A DNA stretch of 64,000 nucleotides from positions 70,318-134,317 of the forward strand of contig DUEE01000007.1 in assembly GCA_011170285.1 (NCBI GenBank). Direction: 5' to 3'. The position numbers and the translations under genes were made by a program. How positions within the stretch are numbered: position 1 is the stretch's first letter; the number at the start of each line of letters is the position of its first letter. Of the stretch, positions 17,081 through 25,224 are shown piece by piece. Source of the stretch: Dehalococcoidia bacterium. Its GTDB lineage: Bacteria > Chloroflexota > Dehalococcoidia > Dehalococcoidales > W498. A model generated the notes under the pieces. That model was not told the origin of the DNA and did not search any database. It worked only from the letters and a program-made list of their open reading frames with translations.

Positions 17081-18025
17081 ATGGCTGAGCCAGGAAAAGT
17101 AGCTTATGTCTTTCCCGGGCAGGGTTCTCAGTGGGTAGGGATGGGTCGTGACCTCTATGGAAATTTTACCTCGGCTAGAGCAGTATTTGACGAGGCTGAC
17201 CAAGCCTTGGGATTTCCTCTGTCCAAACTATGCTTTGATGGACCAGAGGACGAGCTTCGCCAGACTATCAATGCCCAGCCAGCGCTGGTAACAGTCAGCT
17301 TTGCCTGCTTACAGGCTATCAAGGAGGTGAGTAGCAGCAACGAGCTACCACCTCCTGCTTTTGTGGCTGGTCATAGCCTGGGTGAATATACAGCACTAAT
17401 TGCCACTGGAATGCTTGGTTTTGCCGATACCGTTTATCTGGCTCGAGAGCGGGGGCGATTAATGCATGAAGCCGGAAGTAGTCACCCTGGAGGCATGGTG
17501 GCAATAATTGGGCTTGACGAAGCTTCGTTGATGGAGGTGTGCAGCCAGACTGACACCCGGATTGCTAATATTAATTGCCCCGGTCAGTTGGTAATCAGCG
17601 GGGCTGAGGAGAATCTAACACCAGCTACCGATTTGGCTAAGTCCAGAGGGGCTTATCGCACTATCCCGTTACAGGTAAGCGGTGCCTTTCATACGCCACT
17701 GATGCAGTCGGCAGTTGATGGTATGTCTGAAAATATAGCTACTCTTGCCTTCAATGCCCCAATTATTCCTATTATAGCTAACACTACGGCTCAGCCAGTG
17801 ACCACTGCCCAATTGATTAAGGAGGAGCTACTCACACAGCTATGTCATTGTATTCAATGGCAGCGCTCTGTTGAATATATGGTAAATAACGGTGTGTCCA
17901 CCTTTATTGAGATAGGACCGGGTAGAGTGCTTAGCGGTCTCATCAAACGAATAAACAAAGATGTTAAAACGCTGAATATTGGTGATGCCCAGGCTATTAA
18001 GAATTTAATTAACCCATCCCCCTGA
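17081..18025 (+). CDS. fabD: Malonyl CoA-ACP transacylase
   Basis: 'FPGQGSQWVGMG', 'GHSLGEYTAL', 'VSGAFHTPLM'. Confidence 0.9.
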   Translation: MAEPGKVAYVFPGQGSQWVGMGRDLYGNFTSARAVFDEADQALGFPLSKLCFDGPEDELRQTINAQPALVTVSFACLQAIKEVSSSNELPPPAFVAGHSLGEYTALIATGMLGFADTVYLARERGRLMHEAGSSHPGGMVAIIGLDEASLMEVCSQTDTRIANINCPGQLVISGAEENLTPATDLAKSRGAYRTIPLQVSGAFHTPLMQSAVDGMSENIATLAFNAPIIPIIANTTAQPVTTAQLIKEELLTQLCHCIQWQRSVEYMVNNGVSTFIEIGPGRVLSGLIKRINKDVKTLNIGDAQAIKNLINPSP

Positions 18026-18080
18026 ACCTATTCCCTCATCAGAGGCTGTCTGGTTGTCATAGCGAGGCACCCGCCCTCTC

Positions 18081-18240
18081 GTCATTGCGAGGAGCGTGAG
18101 ATTGCCACGCCTTCGCCCTTCGTTACACTCAGGGCTTTGGCTCGCAATGACATCCGCTCCTAGTCAATGACAGGGAAAAAGAGGCACGCCGTGGCACTTC
18201 TGTTTCGTCATTGCGAAGCACAAAGTGCTGAAGCAATCTC
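18081..18240. repeat. Cluster of R-type repeats in alternating orientation
   Basis: gtcattgcgaggagc / gagattgccacgccttcgcccttcg..ctttggctcgcaatgac / gtcattgcgaagcacaaagtgctgaagcaatctc. The middle unit nearly matches 24372-24450. Confidence 0.85.
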
Positions 18241-18340
18241 GGAGGAGGGGGAATTGTCTCTTTTATCTTTTTATTCATTACAATTATTTCTTAATTATTA
18301 TTCGTGTCCAAAGATATTGACTCTTTCCAGCCTTAATTGC

Positions 18341-19852
18341 CTAATCCGTGCTGTCTTTGGTAAGCAAGTACTGGTACCGGGTAGTGCCATCAAGCACATA
18401 ATAAGCGTGGGCTTCTTCAGGGGTAGAGGGTGCCTGGTGGATTACCGGCTTGAGAAGTTCATCGGCTATCTTCATCAGGTCTTCCATGGAGCCTAGGGAT
18501 ATTAGCTTCTCACCTTCTACTGGTGACTGATTTATTGTCTCCGCTATCCGCTTGCCATACTTTTTCCTGATATGTAGAATCTCCTCTTCCATCGGGGAGG
18601 ATTCCGCAGGCTTGAATCTGACATAAAGCACCACTGAAAACAGGAAGAAAAAGAAGAAAATGCCGAGCGCAGCCGCAGATAAGTATCTTGCTGCGCTAAC
18701 CGATAGCCCTAGATATTTGTTAGGATTGGGAATCACCTGGCTTGTGGTAATGGCGCCAGACTCAGTCTTTACCAGTTCCTCATTCCACTCCAGAGTGCCT
18801 TTCCCCAGCGCGCTGCTCAAGGTCTGGCTGAAGACCTCATCTATTTCTCCAGAATCTGTCTGGGCAACGGTGTGGACATCAGCCGTGATGGTGAGGTTAT
18901 ATGATTCAGCAGGAACCCCGGTCTCACTGCGGATAGTCTCAAACATCTCGGTGAAATAGTCTATGTCTAAGGGAAAACTAAGGCTGAAATTCCCACTTTT
19001 CGTGGTGTGAGGCACAAGGACAAATATTTTGCTCCAGACCTCGGGATTTTCAAGGATAGCGGTTATGGTCACCTCCTCAGTCAGACCGGTTACCGGCTGG
19101 TCACACTTGAAATCGTAGTAGAAGGTGGCATCCATCCTATCTATAAGATTGGAGAAGATTACCTCTCCAGGTCCCGCGGTTTTGGGTGATGCCGGGGTAA
19201 CTACCGGGGGCTCTAGCCTTGCCGTATCAAACAGAGAATTCTCCTTTAGATGAATCAAATAATCAAATTCCCCGGTAGCGCCTGATTGGGTGCAACTCAA
19301 ATTACTGTCCACCTCAATGATGGTATTTCCTAGCTTAACGGGCAGGCTTTGAGTAAACGCCTCACTCCCGCTACCGACACTGGCAACGATGGTTACCGGA
19401 CGTGATGACGAGGTAATCTGTATCTCTTCCTCAATGGTATCAAACAGCTCATTAATTTCATCAATATCAAGCGGAAAATGAACGGTAAAGTATCCCGTTC
19501 TGGTAGTTTCAGGCACCAGGGTACTCTCTTTCTGCCAGATGCTGGGGTTTTCCAGGACTGCCTTGACCTCTACCGGCTGAGATGTTTCTGTCGCCCCTTT
19601 ATAGGTAAAGCTCATGTCAATGCCGTCAACTATTTCAGCAGGGTATTTGGGGTTTGGCGGCGGCTCCTGAGGCTCGGGACCGAACAGGTAGGAAGGTTTT
19701 AGATAGACCAAGTAATCAAAACTCCCCTCATTCTCGTAACTAAGCAGTGTAGTATGCGCCTCTATTTTGCTGGGCAGGCTAAATGCCTTATAGACACCAA
19801 ATATTGATATGAGAAGAAGAATTGAACTAAGAATAAGAAACAGCCTTTTCAT
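18341..19852 (-). CDS. Membrane-anchored protein with two internal repeats; possibly DUF5305-like (partner of SipW-type peptidases)
   Basis: It has an N-terminal TM and two homologous modules ('GSFDYLVYLKPSYLFG..' and 'GEFDYLIHLKENSLFD..'; 'FTVHFPLDIDEINELFDTIEEE' and 'FSLSFPLDIDYFTEMFETIRSE'). A second TM (IFFFFFLFSVVLYV) and a cytoplasmic tail follow. The DUF5305 assignment is from memory. Confidence 0.5.
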   Translation of the reverse strand: MKRLFLILSSILLLISIFGVYKAFSLPSKIEAHTTLLSYENEGSFDYLVYLKPSYLFGPEPQEPPPNPKYPAEIVDGIDMSFTYKGATETSQPVEVKAVLENPSIWQKESTLVPETTRTGYFTVHFPLDIDEINELFDTIEEEIQITSSSRPVTIVASVGSGSEAFTQSLPVKLGNTIIEVDSNLSCTQSGATGEFDYLIHLKENSLFDTARLEPPVVTPASPKTAGPGEVIFSNLIDRMDATFYYDFKCDQPVTGLTEEVTITAILENPEVWSKIFVLVPHTTKSGNFSLSFPLDIDYFTEMFETIRSETGVPAESYNLTITADVHTVAQTDSGEIDEVFSQTLSSALGKGTLEWNEELVKTESGAITTSQVIPNPNKYLGLSVSAARYLSAAALGIFFFFFLFSVVLYVRFKPAESSPMEEEILHIRKKYGKRIAETINQSPVEGEKLISLGSMEDLMKIADELLKPVIHQAPSTPEEAHAYYVLDGTTRYQYLLTKDSTD

Positions 19853-19876
19853 ATTTCACATTCTACCTTATCGTAG

Positions 19877-20428
19877 CTAGCCGGTAAAGAAACCCCTTTT
19901 TCTTTTGGCAAGCCTCTCTTTGCGTTTCTTTAGCATCTCCTGGCGTCTCTTTAAATGTGGCGTGAATATCCATTCCCATATATTGTTTGCTTCCAAGCCA
20001 ACAATAATCATACCTATTACTATAATAAACAGAAACGCTAGTGAAACTTTCCTCCCCATGAAAATAATTGCAGTTTCATGAAGACGGGAGAGATAGGCTA
20101 TCTTCCCCACATTTGGAATGTAAGATATCGTTTTACCGATGAAGTTCTGCGAGGAAACCGGGTCCGAATCGGGATACTGGTTGGCATCCCCTTTGGTTTG
20201 AAAAAATAGCTGGCTATCAATCTCTTTTGTGTCTATCACCCGGTGGCAAATACGAGCCTCTTCCTCAATGTGCGGCTCCCGGAACAGGATGGCGTCTCCT
20301 ACCTCAATGTCTTTGAGTTCTACTGGCCGAGTTACCACCATTCCCCCTGGGCTAAAAGCCGGCTCCATACTTTTGGTAGGCACAACATCAAAATGCCAGC
20401 CCAAAAAAGAGGCGGTCAGCATAAACAA
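19877..20428 (-). CDS. Signal peptidase I, SipW/archaeal-ER type (S26B)
   Basis: 'PTKSMEPAFSPGG' (Ser box), 'CHRV' (His box), 'KGDANQYPD', and a C-terminal TM anchor. Confidence 0.8.
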   Translation of the reverse strand: MFMLTASFLGWHFDVVPTKSMEPAFSPGGMVVTRPVELKDIEVGDAILFREPHIEEEARICHRVIDTKEIDSQLFFQTKGDANQYPDSDPVSSQNFIGKTISYIPNVGKIAYLSRLHETAIIFMGRKVSLAFLFIIVIGMIIVGLEANNIWEWIFTPHLKRRQEMLKKRKERLAKRKRGFFTG

Positions 20429-20516
20429 GAATGCTGAGATTACTATCCCGAATATAATCCAGCCTGCCAGTTTTACTAGCTTAATCGTCTGTACCCTTCC
20501 TTATTTTGAAAGACTT

Positions 20517-20906
20517 TTACCTTTCGGCGACTGCTACCTTGACCTTCTTGCTGCTATGGATATCATCAATATCAAGCGTTTGGTCAAGTCGGATTATTAA
20601 CTCATCGTCTTGACCCATGAAGTTATTCAGAACCTTCCAGCCATGAACCTCGTCGTCTATCGTAACCCAGATTGTGCTGCCGGCGGTAAGGTCACGGTCA
20701 AAAGAGAGAGCCACCCTGTTAATACCGGAGCCATCGGGAGCCGGGAGAAACCCCACGTCGTCGGTGTTAACCTGAACCAGGTCCGACTTGCCAGCACTGA
20801 GCGCCCCGACATTAGAGAAGTCCATGCCGGTAGCATAGGCGGCGCCCATTGTCCCCAGAGCCAGAACTATAAATGCAATCCCTATCATAATAGCCTTGCG
20901 TGACAT
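20517..20906 (-). CDS. Small secreted protein with a SipW-dependent/TasA-like signal peptide
   Basis: 'MSRKAIMIGIAFIVLALGTMGAAYATGMDFSN'. It is a paralogue of 21004..21420. Confidence 0.6.
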   Translation of the reverse strand: MSRKAIMIGIAFIVLALGTMGAAYATGMDFSNVGALSAGKSDLVQVNTDDVGFLPAPDGSGINRVALSFDRDLTAGSTIWVTIDDEVHGWKVLNNFMGQDDELIIRLDQTLDIDDIHSSKKVKVAVAER

Positions 20907-21003
20907 CTGTATACCTCCTGTTCATATCACTTCATCAGAAACAGGAAAGAGGAAAGGGAGTTTCGGCTCTGGGAAACGGTTGACCGGTAGATTAGTTGCC
21001 CGT

Positions 21004-21420
21004 CTATGTAACCCACGGTTCGCCTACGCTTACCCTGATGTGGTAGACATTTGCGACGGGTACAGCGCTAGTAAGGTCGGCCTGGTGGACACTGCCCGCT
21101 GCTAGTGTGGCGGTCAGCGCTATGTCGCTCGTTCCTATACGAACCCAACTAGCATTATAAACGTCAACCAGAATACTAGTACCCGCGTTAAGATCCTGAT
21201 CGAAGTACACCCAAAGCCGGTCAAGCATAAGCGGGGATCCGTCCGACCAATTGTCAACGCCTGGATTTATCTGAGTCACATTGACTTGGGGTATCGAAGC
21301 ATAGCCGGTGCTGAGTGATCCAGGATTAGCGGGGAAGTTCAAGCCCGTGGCGAACGCTGCGCCAATTGCTCCCAGAGCCAGCACACATACCAGCAAACCT
21401 ATTAGAAGAGCTTTCTTCAT
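21004..21420 (-). CDS. Small secreted protein with a SipW-dependent/TasA-like signal peptide (paralogue)
   Basis: 'MKKALLIGLLVCVLALGAIGAAFATGLNFPAN'. AAGGAG SD upstream. Confidence 0.6.
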   Translation of the reverse strand: MKKALLIGLLVCVLALGAIGAAFATGLNFPANPGSLSTGYASIPQVNVTQINPGVDNWSDGSPLMLDRLWVYFDQDLNAGTSILVDVYNASWVRIGTSDIALTATLAAGSVHQADLTSAVPVANVYHIRVSVGEPWVT

Positions 21421-21600
21421 ATTTAGTTCTCCTTAATTTAGATTTCTCACCAGCGCTAGAAGCAGCTAAAGCTTACTTCAACCAGACCGACCACCGGCTT
21501 TACCGCCAGCGAGATTTAAGTCTTCGGTCTTTCCCGAATGTCATCCCCAAGCCTGGCTCCCTTTCCTCCTTCCCTGCGAAAATATCCATATGAATAACAT

Positions 21601-22275
21601 TCACTGCCTGACAAAGCGGAAGCCAACGCCCCTGTGGTTGAGCAGGTCAAAGTCTGAGTCGGAGCCGTTGGCTAGCTTCTTCTTCAGCGAACAAAGATAA
21701 AACTTGAGGTTGCTCGGGCTGACTTCCTCTCTTCCCCAGACCCCCATCGCCAGCTCGGCATAGGGGACGAGGCGGTCACTATTAAGGGCAAGGCAGTTAA
21801 GCAGGCGAAACTCGGTGGGGGTCAGGTCAACAATCCTGTCCCCCAGGCTTGCCTGATAATCAGTAGCATCCAGCTCTATGCTCGGGGGAAGGCTATAGTT
21901 GAAGTTCGTTCCACAGCGGCGGAACAGGGAGCCGACCCTGGCTAAAAGCATTCTTTGACTTACTCGCTTGACCAGGCAGGCATCGGCGCCCATCTCCAGA
22001 AACCTGGCTGAAGCCATTCCCTGTTCACTACCTACCAGCGTAATGATGGGGATAGGAGATATGTATCTTATGTATTGGCAAAGCGGCTCACCATTTATGG
22101 GAGGCAGATTCTCATCCAGGAGCACCATATCGGGGCAGGTTTGATACACTGCCTGCACCGCCTGCCCGCTGTCTGGGGCAGTTACCACATCAAATCCGAC
22201 ATCGGCTAAAGCTTGAGCTACACTCCCTGTCAGCTCTTGGTCGTCCTCAACGAGCAAGATTGTTGCCAAAGTCAA
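21601..22275 (-). CDS. OmpR-family response regulator
   Basis: Receiver motifs 'ILLVEDD', 'VLLDENLP', 'IITLVG' and 'CLVKR', plus a C-terminal winged helix 'LTPTEFRLLNCL..GVGFRF'. Confidence 0.85.
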   Translation of the reverse strand: MTLATILLVEDDQELTGSVAQALADVGFDVVTAPDSGQAVQAVYQTCPDMVLLDENLPPINGEPLCQYIRYISPIPIITLVGSEQGMASARFLEMGADACLVKRVSQRMLLARVGSLFRRCGTNFNYSLPPSIELDATDYQASLGDRIVDLTPTEFRLLNCLALNSDRLVPYAELAMGVWGREEVSPSNLKFYLCSLKKKLANGSDSDFDLLNHRGVGFRFVRQ

Positions 22276-22473
22276 TCCCCTGAAAGTACTATGACTTTAG
22301 TTTATAACGGGACGGTGGAAATTCTGGTACTTGAGGTCGCCAGGATGGTCATAGCTTGGTGGAAATTTGGTGCCGAGATGGTGCTAAATTGGTTAGAAAA
22401 AAAGAGGGGGGCAGGCAATTGCCTGCCCCTATATATACCTTAATCCGTAGATTTTATAAGGTAAATTTCATAT

Positions 22474-22568
22474 GTCATTGCGAGAAGTCCTTCACAGAAG
22501 GACTACGTGGCAATCTCTGGAATGGAGGTGAGATTGCTTCGTCCTTCCACCGAAGGACTCGCAATGAC
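22474..22568. repeat. R-type repeat pair (inverted)
   Basis: gtcattgcgagaagtccttcacagaaggactacgtggcaatctc ... gagattgcttcgtccttccaccgaaggactcgcaatgac. Confidence 0.85.
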
Positions 22569-22629
22569 ACCTATGTGATGGGCTTTTTGAATATGGACTC
22601 AAGGATTAGGGATATGGAAGGCGGCTTGA

Positions 22630-23325
22630 CTAACTATCTCCAACGAACATGTAACCTATACCCCGCTGGGTGACCAGCAACGGATGGGGGTTCTGGTTGT
22701 CCCCTAGTTTGACTCGCAGGCGATAGATATACTTCTTCAACGAGCTGGTATCATCAATGTAGTCGGAGCCCCAGGTCTTTTCCAGGAGGAAGCGGCAGCT
22801 CAGTACCTTGCCTGCATTCCTTACCAGGTTGCACAGGAGATTATATTCGGTGGGGGTCAGGTTCACCGGCTCCCCGGAGACTAAAACATCATGGGTAGCA
22901 AAGTTTATGGTGAGGTTGCCAGTGATAAACATTGAAGAATGGTTCTCGACGAGGTGAGGCATGGTGGCACGGCGCAACACCGCCTTTACCCTGGCTATGA
23001 GGTCAATGCAGTTGAACGGTATAGTGATATAGTCATCAGCGCCCGTTTCCAGACCCTTTGCCTTATCCATCTCAGCTTCTCTGGCAGTGAGGATGATGAT
23101 TGGGACATCGGAAAAGGAGCGGATTTGCTCCATCACTTTGAAGCCATCTATTCCAGGTAATTCTAGATCCAGAATAACTATATCCGGGGATTCGGTCTCG
23201 ACCAGGTCTACGCCCTTGTTGCCGTCTGCGGTGGTATTAATGTTGGCCTGCGACCAAGCCAGCCTCAAGCACACGGAAATATTATCCGCCACCTGTTCGT
23301 TGTCTTCAATGACTAATACAGTCAC
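22630..23325 (-). CDS. OmpR-family response regulator with an atypical receiver (conserved Lys replaced by Ile)
   Basis: 'VLVIEDNE', 'VILDLELPGIDG', 'IIILTAR', and 'GADDYITIPF' where PhoB-type receivers have 'DDYITKPF'. Winged helix 'LTPTEYNLLCNL..GIGYMF'. GTG start. Confidence 0.9.
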   Translation of the reverse strand: MTVLVIEDNEQVADNISVCLRLAWSQANINTTADGNKGVDLVETESPDIVILDLELPGIDGFKVMEQIRSFSDVPIIILTAREAEMDKAKGLETGADDYITIPFNCIDLIARVKAVLRRATMPHLVENHSSMFITGNLTINFATHDVLVSGEPVNLTPTEYNLLCNLVRNAGKVLSCRFLLEKTWGSDYIDDTSSLKKYIYRLRVKLGDNQNPHPLLVTQRGIGYMFVGDS

Positions 23326-23407
23326 TCGCTATCCTCATTAAGTAGGGGGAGCAAAAACGGAAACATGCTGTCTTGGCTATGCCTTTATGTCTCTCCCAAC
23401 GTTGTGC

Positions 23408-23445
23408 CCTTTTAAAACACAAAACCGACCTAAAAAGGTCGGTTT
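23408..23445 (-). terminator. Intrinsic terminator (minus strand)
   Basis: On the minus strand, aaaccgacc-ttttta-ggtcggttt is followed by tgtgttttaaaa. Confidence 0.7.
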
Positions 23446-23603
23446 CACTATTGGCTCCCCGCCATCCAAGTGCCCAGATACAGGTGGCGGTTCAACGCTC
23501 CCTGGTTACCCGGCTACTGGTCACTGTGTTACATCATTATTTTCCCGCCTCACACTTGAGCCGCCTAATGGTAAAAGCATCCCCCCTCATAATCAATAAA
23601 GTA
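23412..23603 (-). ncRNA. Unclassified leader or small RNA of about 190 nt, between a consensus promoter and the terminator, upstream of the response-regulator cluster
   Basis: Bounded by promoter 23610-23638 and terminator 23408-23445. Contains a GGCGGCTCAA/TTGAACCGCC helix enclosing GTGT..ACAC and CCGGG-UAA-CCAGG hairpins. No ORF with an SD. Confidence 0.4.
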
Positions 23604-23609
23604 ATCAAC

Positions 23610-23638
23610 ATTGTAATTCGCCATATTGCAAATGTCAA
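23610..23638 (-). promoter_or_regulatory. Consensus sigma70-type promoter (TTGACA-17-TACAAT) on the minus strand
   Basis: Minus strand reads gtTTGACAtttgcaatatggcgaatTACAATgttg. The -35 is at 23638-23633 and the -10 at 23615-23610. Confidence 0.6.
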
Positions 23639-23784
23639 ACATCTAACTTAACTTTTCCCATCAATCTAGGACTCCTTTACCATGACTATTTACTAATCAA
23701 TTTTAGCCCATTTGGGTGATTTTATAGTTAGTTGCAGTAAACTATCATTAAGATAGGTTAATTGGAGAGTAGAAGGGGGAGGAT

Positions 23785-24015
23785 ATGGCAAGTAGTAACG
23801 AAATGAGTCCGATGCTAACGGTAAGGGAGGTAGCCCGGCTTCTCCATATTCATAGCAATACGGTGAGGCGGTGGAGTGACCGGGGGATAATCAGGGCATA
23901 CCATATAACCCCCCGCGGTGACCGAAGATTCAGGGGAGAAGACATAGCTAGTTTCTTAGCCGAGCTCAATGCCAACAACGGCAATGTGAGGGAAGCTAGC
24001 TTAGCTCGGAGATAG
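23785..24015 (+). CDS. Small MerR/excisionase-type helix-turn-helix DNA-binding protein
   Basis: 'LTVREVARLLHIHSNTVRRWSDRGIIRAYHITPRGDRRFRGEDIASFL' matches the HTH_17/excisionase-family pattern. Confidence 0.7.
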   Translation: MASSNEMSPMLTVREVARLLHIHSNTVRRWSDRGIIRAYHITPRGDRRFRGEDIASFLAELNANNGNVREASLARR

Positions 24016-24185
24016 GTTAAAAGCCATGTCAAAATTGACCTCAGAGCGGCGTATCTGTTGGACTCAATTGAAGATGCGGATGCGCCACTAGTTTTTTGCC
24101 ACCAGAAATCCGGTTAAATGACAGCATTGCATATATAAAGGCTATATAGGCAAGATTGAAGGGTAGATTGATGAGATTGTTAGCA

Positions 24186-24335
24186 ACCTATCCCTCTAAC
24201 CCCCTTCCCTTACAAGGGAAGGGGGAGTTATAGAAAGAGAGGGGGCTCCGCCCCCTCTCTAAAATCTCTTCCCCATCTCTTTTGAAGAAGAGGTGAATTA
24301 AAGGGGTGAGGTTAATAATCCGCCTCAGGCGGATA
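24186..24335. repeat. PQ palindromic element, apparently full length
   Basis: P cccccttcccttacaagggaaggggg (24200-24225), Q agagagggggctccgccccctctct (24236-24260), tail aggggtgaggttaataa, and ccgcctcaggcgg hairpin (24320-24332). Confidence 0.8.
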
Positions 24336-24371
24336 GAGTTTAGGATTTTACGAAAGAAGGGGGGACAAGCG

Positions 24372-24683
24372 TGAGATTGCCACGCCTTCGCCCTTCGCTA
24401 CCCCTTCGCTTCACTCAGGGCTTCGGCTCAGGGCTTCGGCTCGCAATGACATCTTCTCCTAGTCATTGCGAGGTCACCCAGGCGACCGAAGCAATCTCCA
24501 GGAATGACTTGGGATTGCCACGCTTCGCTCGCAATGACACTCCCTTTTCGTCATTGCTAGTCCTTCGGTTCATCCTTCACCAAAGGGTGAAGGATAAAGG
24601 ACGAAGCAATCTCCTGGTGTGTGCTTGAAGAGATTCTTCGGTCGTCCTTCTGGGAATCCTTCCTTAGAAGGACTCAGAATGAC
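24372..24683. repeat. Array of five R-type units in strictly alternating orientation
   Basis: Units lie at about 24372-24450 (rev), 24463-24499 (fwd), 24511-24538 (rev), 24550-24613 (fwd) and 24630-24683 (rev, degenerate). Adjacent units can pair, for example GCTCGCAATGAC with GTCATTGCGAG. Confidence 0.85.
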
Positions 24684-24798
24684 GGACTATTTTCATGACT
24701 TTGGGGATTTAGTCCGCCACAGGCGGATAGGCAATTTTGCTAAACTATTATTGAATACTATGATATTATAATGTGAGCTTAGTTTTAGGGGGTAATTT

Positions 24799-25209
24799 AT
24801 GAAAGGGGAGCGGCGAAGAGCCAGAGCCATTGCCCTTAAGGTATTGTATGAGGTTGATTTAGTGGGGCATAAGGAGGAAGGAGTGGCGACCCGTCTTCTG
24901 GAGAAAGAGGGATTGTCCGAGGAGAATGTTTCTTTTGCCCGAGAGCTAGTAAGTGGTGTTATCCGCAATAAGGAGGCAATTGACCTTAATATTAGAAACT
25001 TTGCTCCAGCTTGGCCCGTAGAGCAGATGCCGGTAGTTGATAGGAACATCCTGAGGCTTGCAATATTTGAAGTTTTACTTGATAATAAGGTGCCAATTAA
25101 GGTAGCTATAAATGAAGCAGTTGAGCTAGCCAAGAAGTTCGGTAGTGATAATTCGCCAAAGTTTGTCAATGGAGTTTTAGGCTCGGTCAGCGGTCTTGCC
25201 ACTAGATAG
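24799..25209 (+). CDS. nusB: Transcription antitermination factor NusB
   Basis: 'RRRARAIALKVLYEVD', 'DRNILRLAIFE', 'INEAVELAKKFG..SPKFVNGVLG'. Confidence 0.9.
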   Translation: MKGERRRARAIALKVLYEVDLVGHKEEGVATRLLEKEGLSEENVSFARELVSGVIRNKEAIDLNIRNFAPAWPVEQMPVVDRNILRLAIFEVLLDNKVPIKVAINEAVELAKKFGSDNSPKFVNGVLGSVSGLATR

Positions 25210-25224
25210 AAAAGGAGGTTGAAA

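Noticed and set aside
18167-18496. 109-aa plus-strand ORF
   Set aside because: Its first half is translated R-type repeat sequence (…RHCEAQSAEAISEEG…). Its second half is antisense to the 3' end of the 503-aa gene. It has no SD and looks like a repeat-generated artefact.
23412-23603. Resemblance of the leader to ZTP (pfl), cobalamin or TPP riboswitch cores (GUGAC..GGGAGCG..CCGCC..UGGGCA; ACCUG.AUCUGG)
   Set aside because: - The diagnostic elements are missing or interrupted: there is no ACUGGCG, the CCGCC and UGGGCA parts are separated by 10 nt, there is no B12 box in context, and there is no CUGAGA.
- The downstream gene (a response regulator) does not fit those regulons.
- I left it unclassified.
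23373-23651. 92-aa and 70-aa plus-strand ORFs in the divergent intergenic region
   Set aside because: They have no SD and an odd composition. They lie antisense to a transcription unit that has a consensus promoter and a terminator. I consider the minus-strand RNA the better explanation, though I cannot fully exclude a small protein.
24371-24628. 85-aa plus-strand ORF inside the R-repeat array (similarly 22356..22673)
   Set aside because: It is composed entirely of alternating R units, and related peptide strings arise wherever the repeat occurs. It is not a gene.
24372-24683. Possible CRISPR array, because of closely spaced repeats (also 18081-18240)
   Set aside because: Units alternate in orientation, vary in length and have no uniform unique spacers. 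No cas genes are present. The pattern fits REP/BIME-like behaviour, not CRISPR.
24693-25202. 169-aa minus-strand ORF
   Set aside because: It is antisense to nusB, which has unmistakable NusB motifs.
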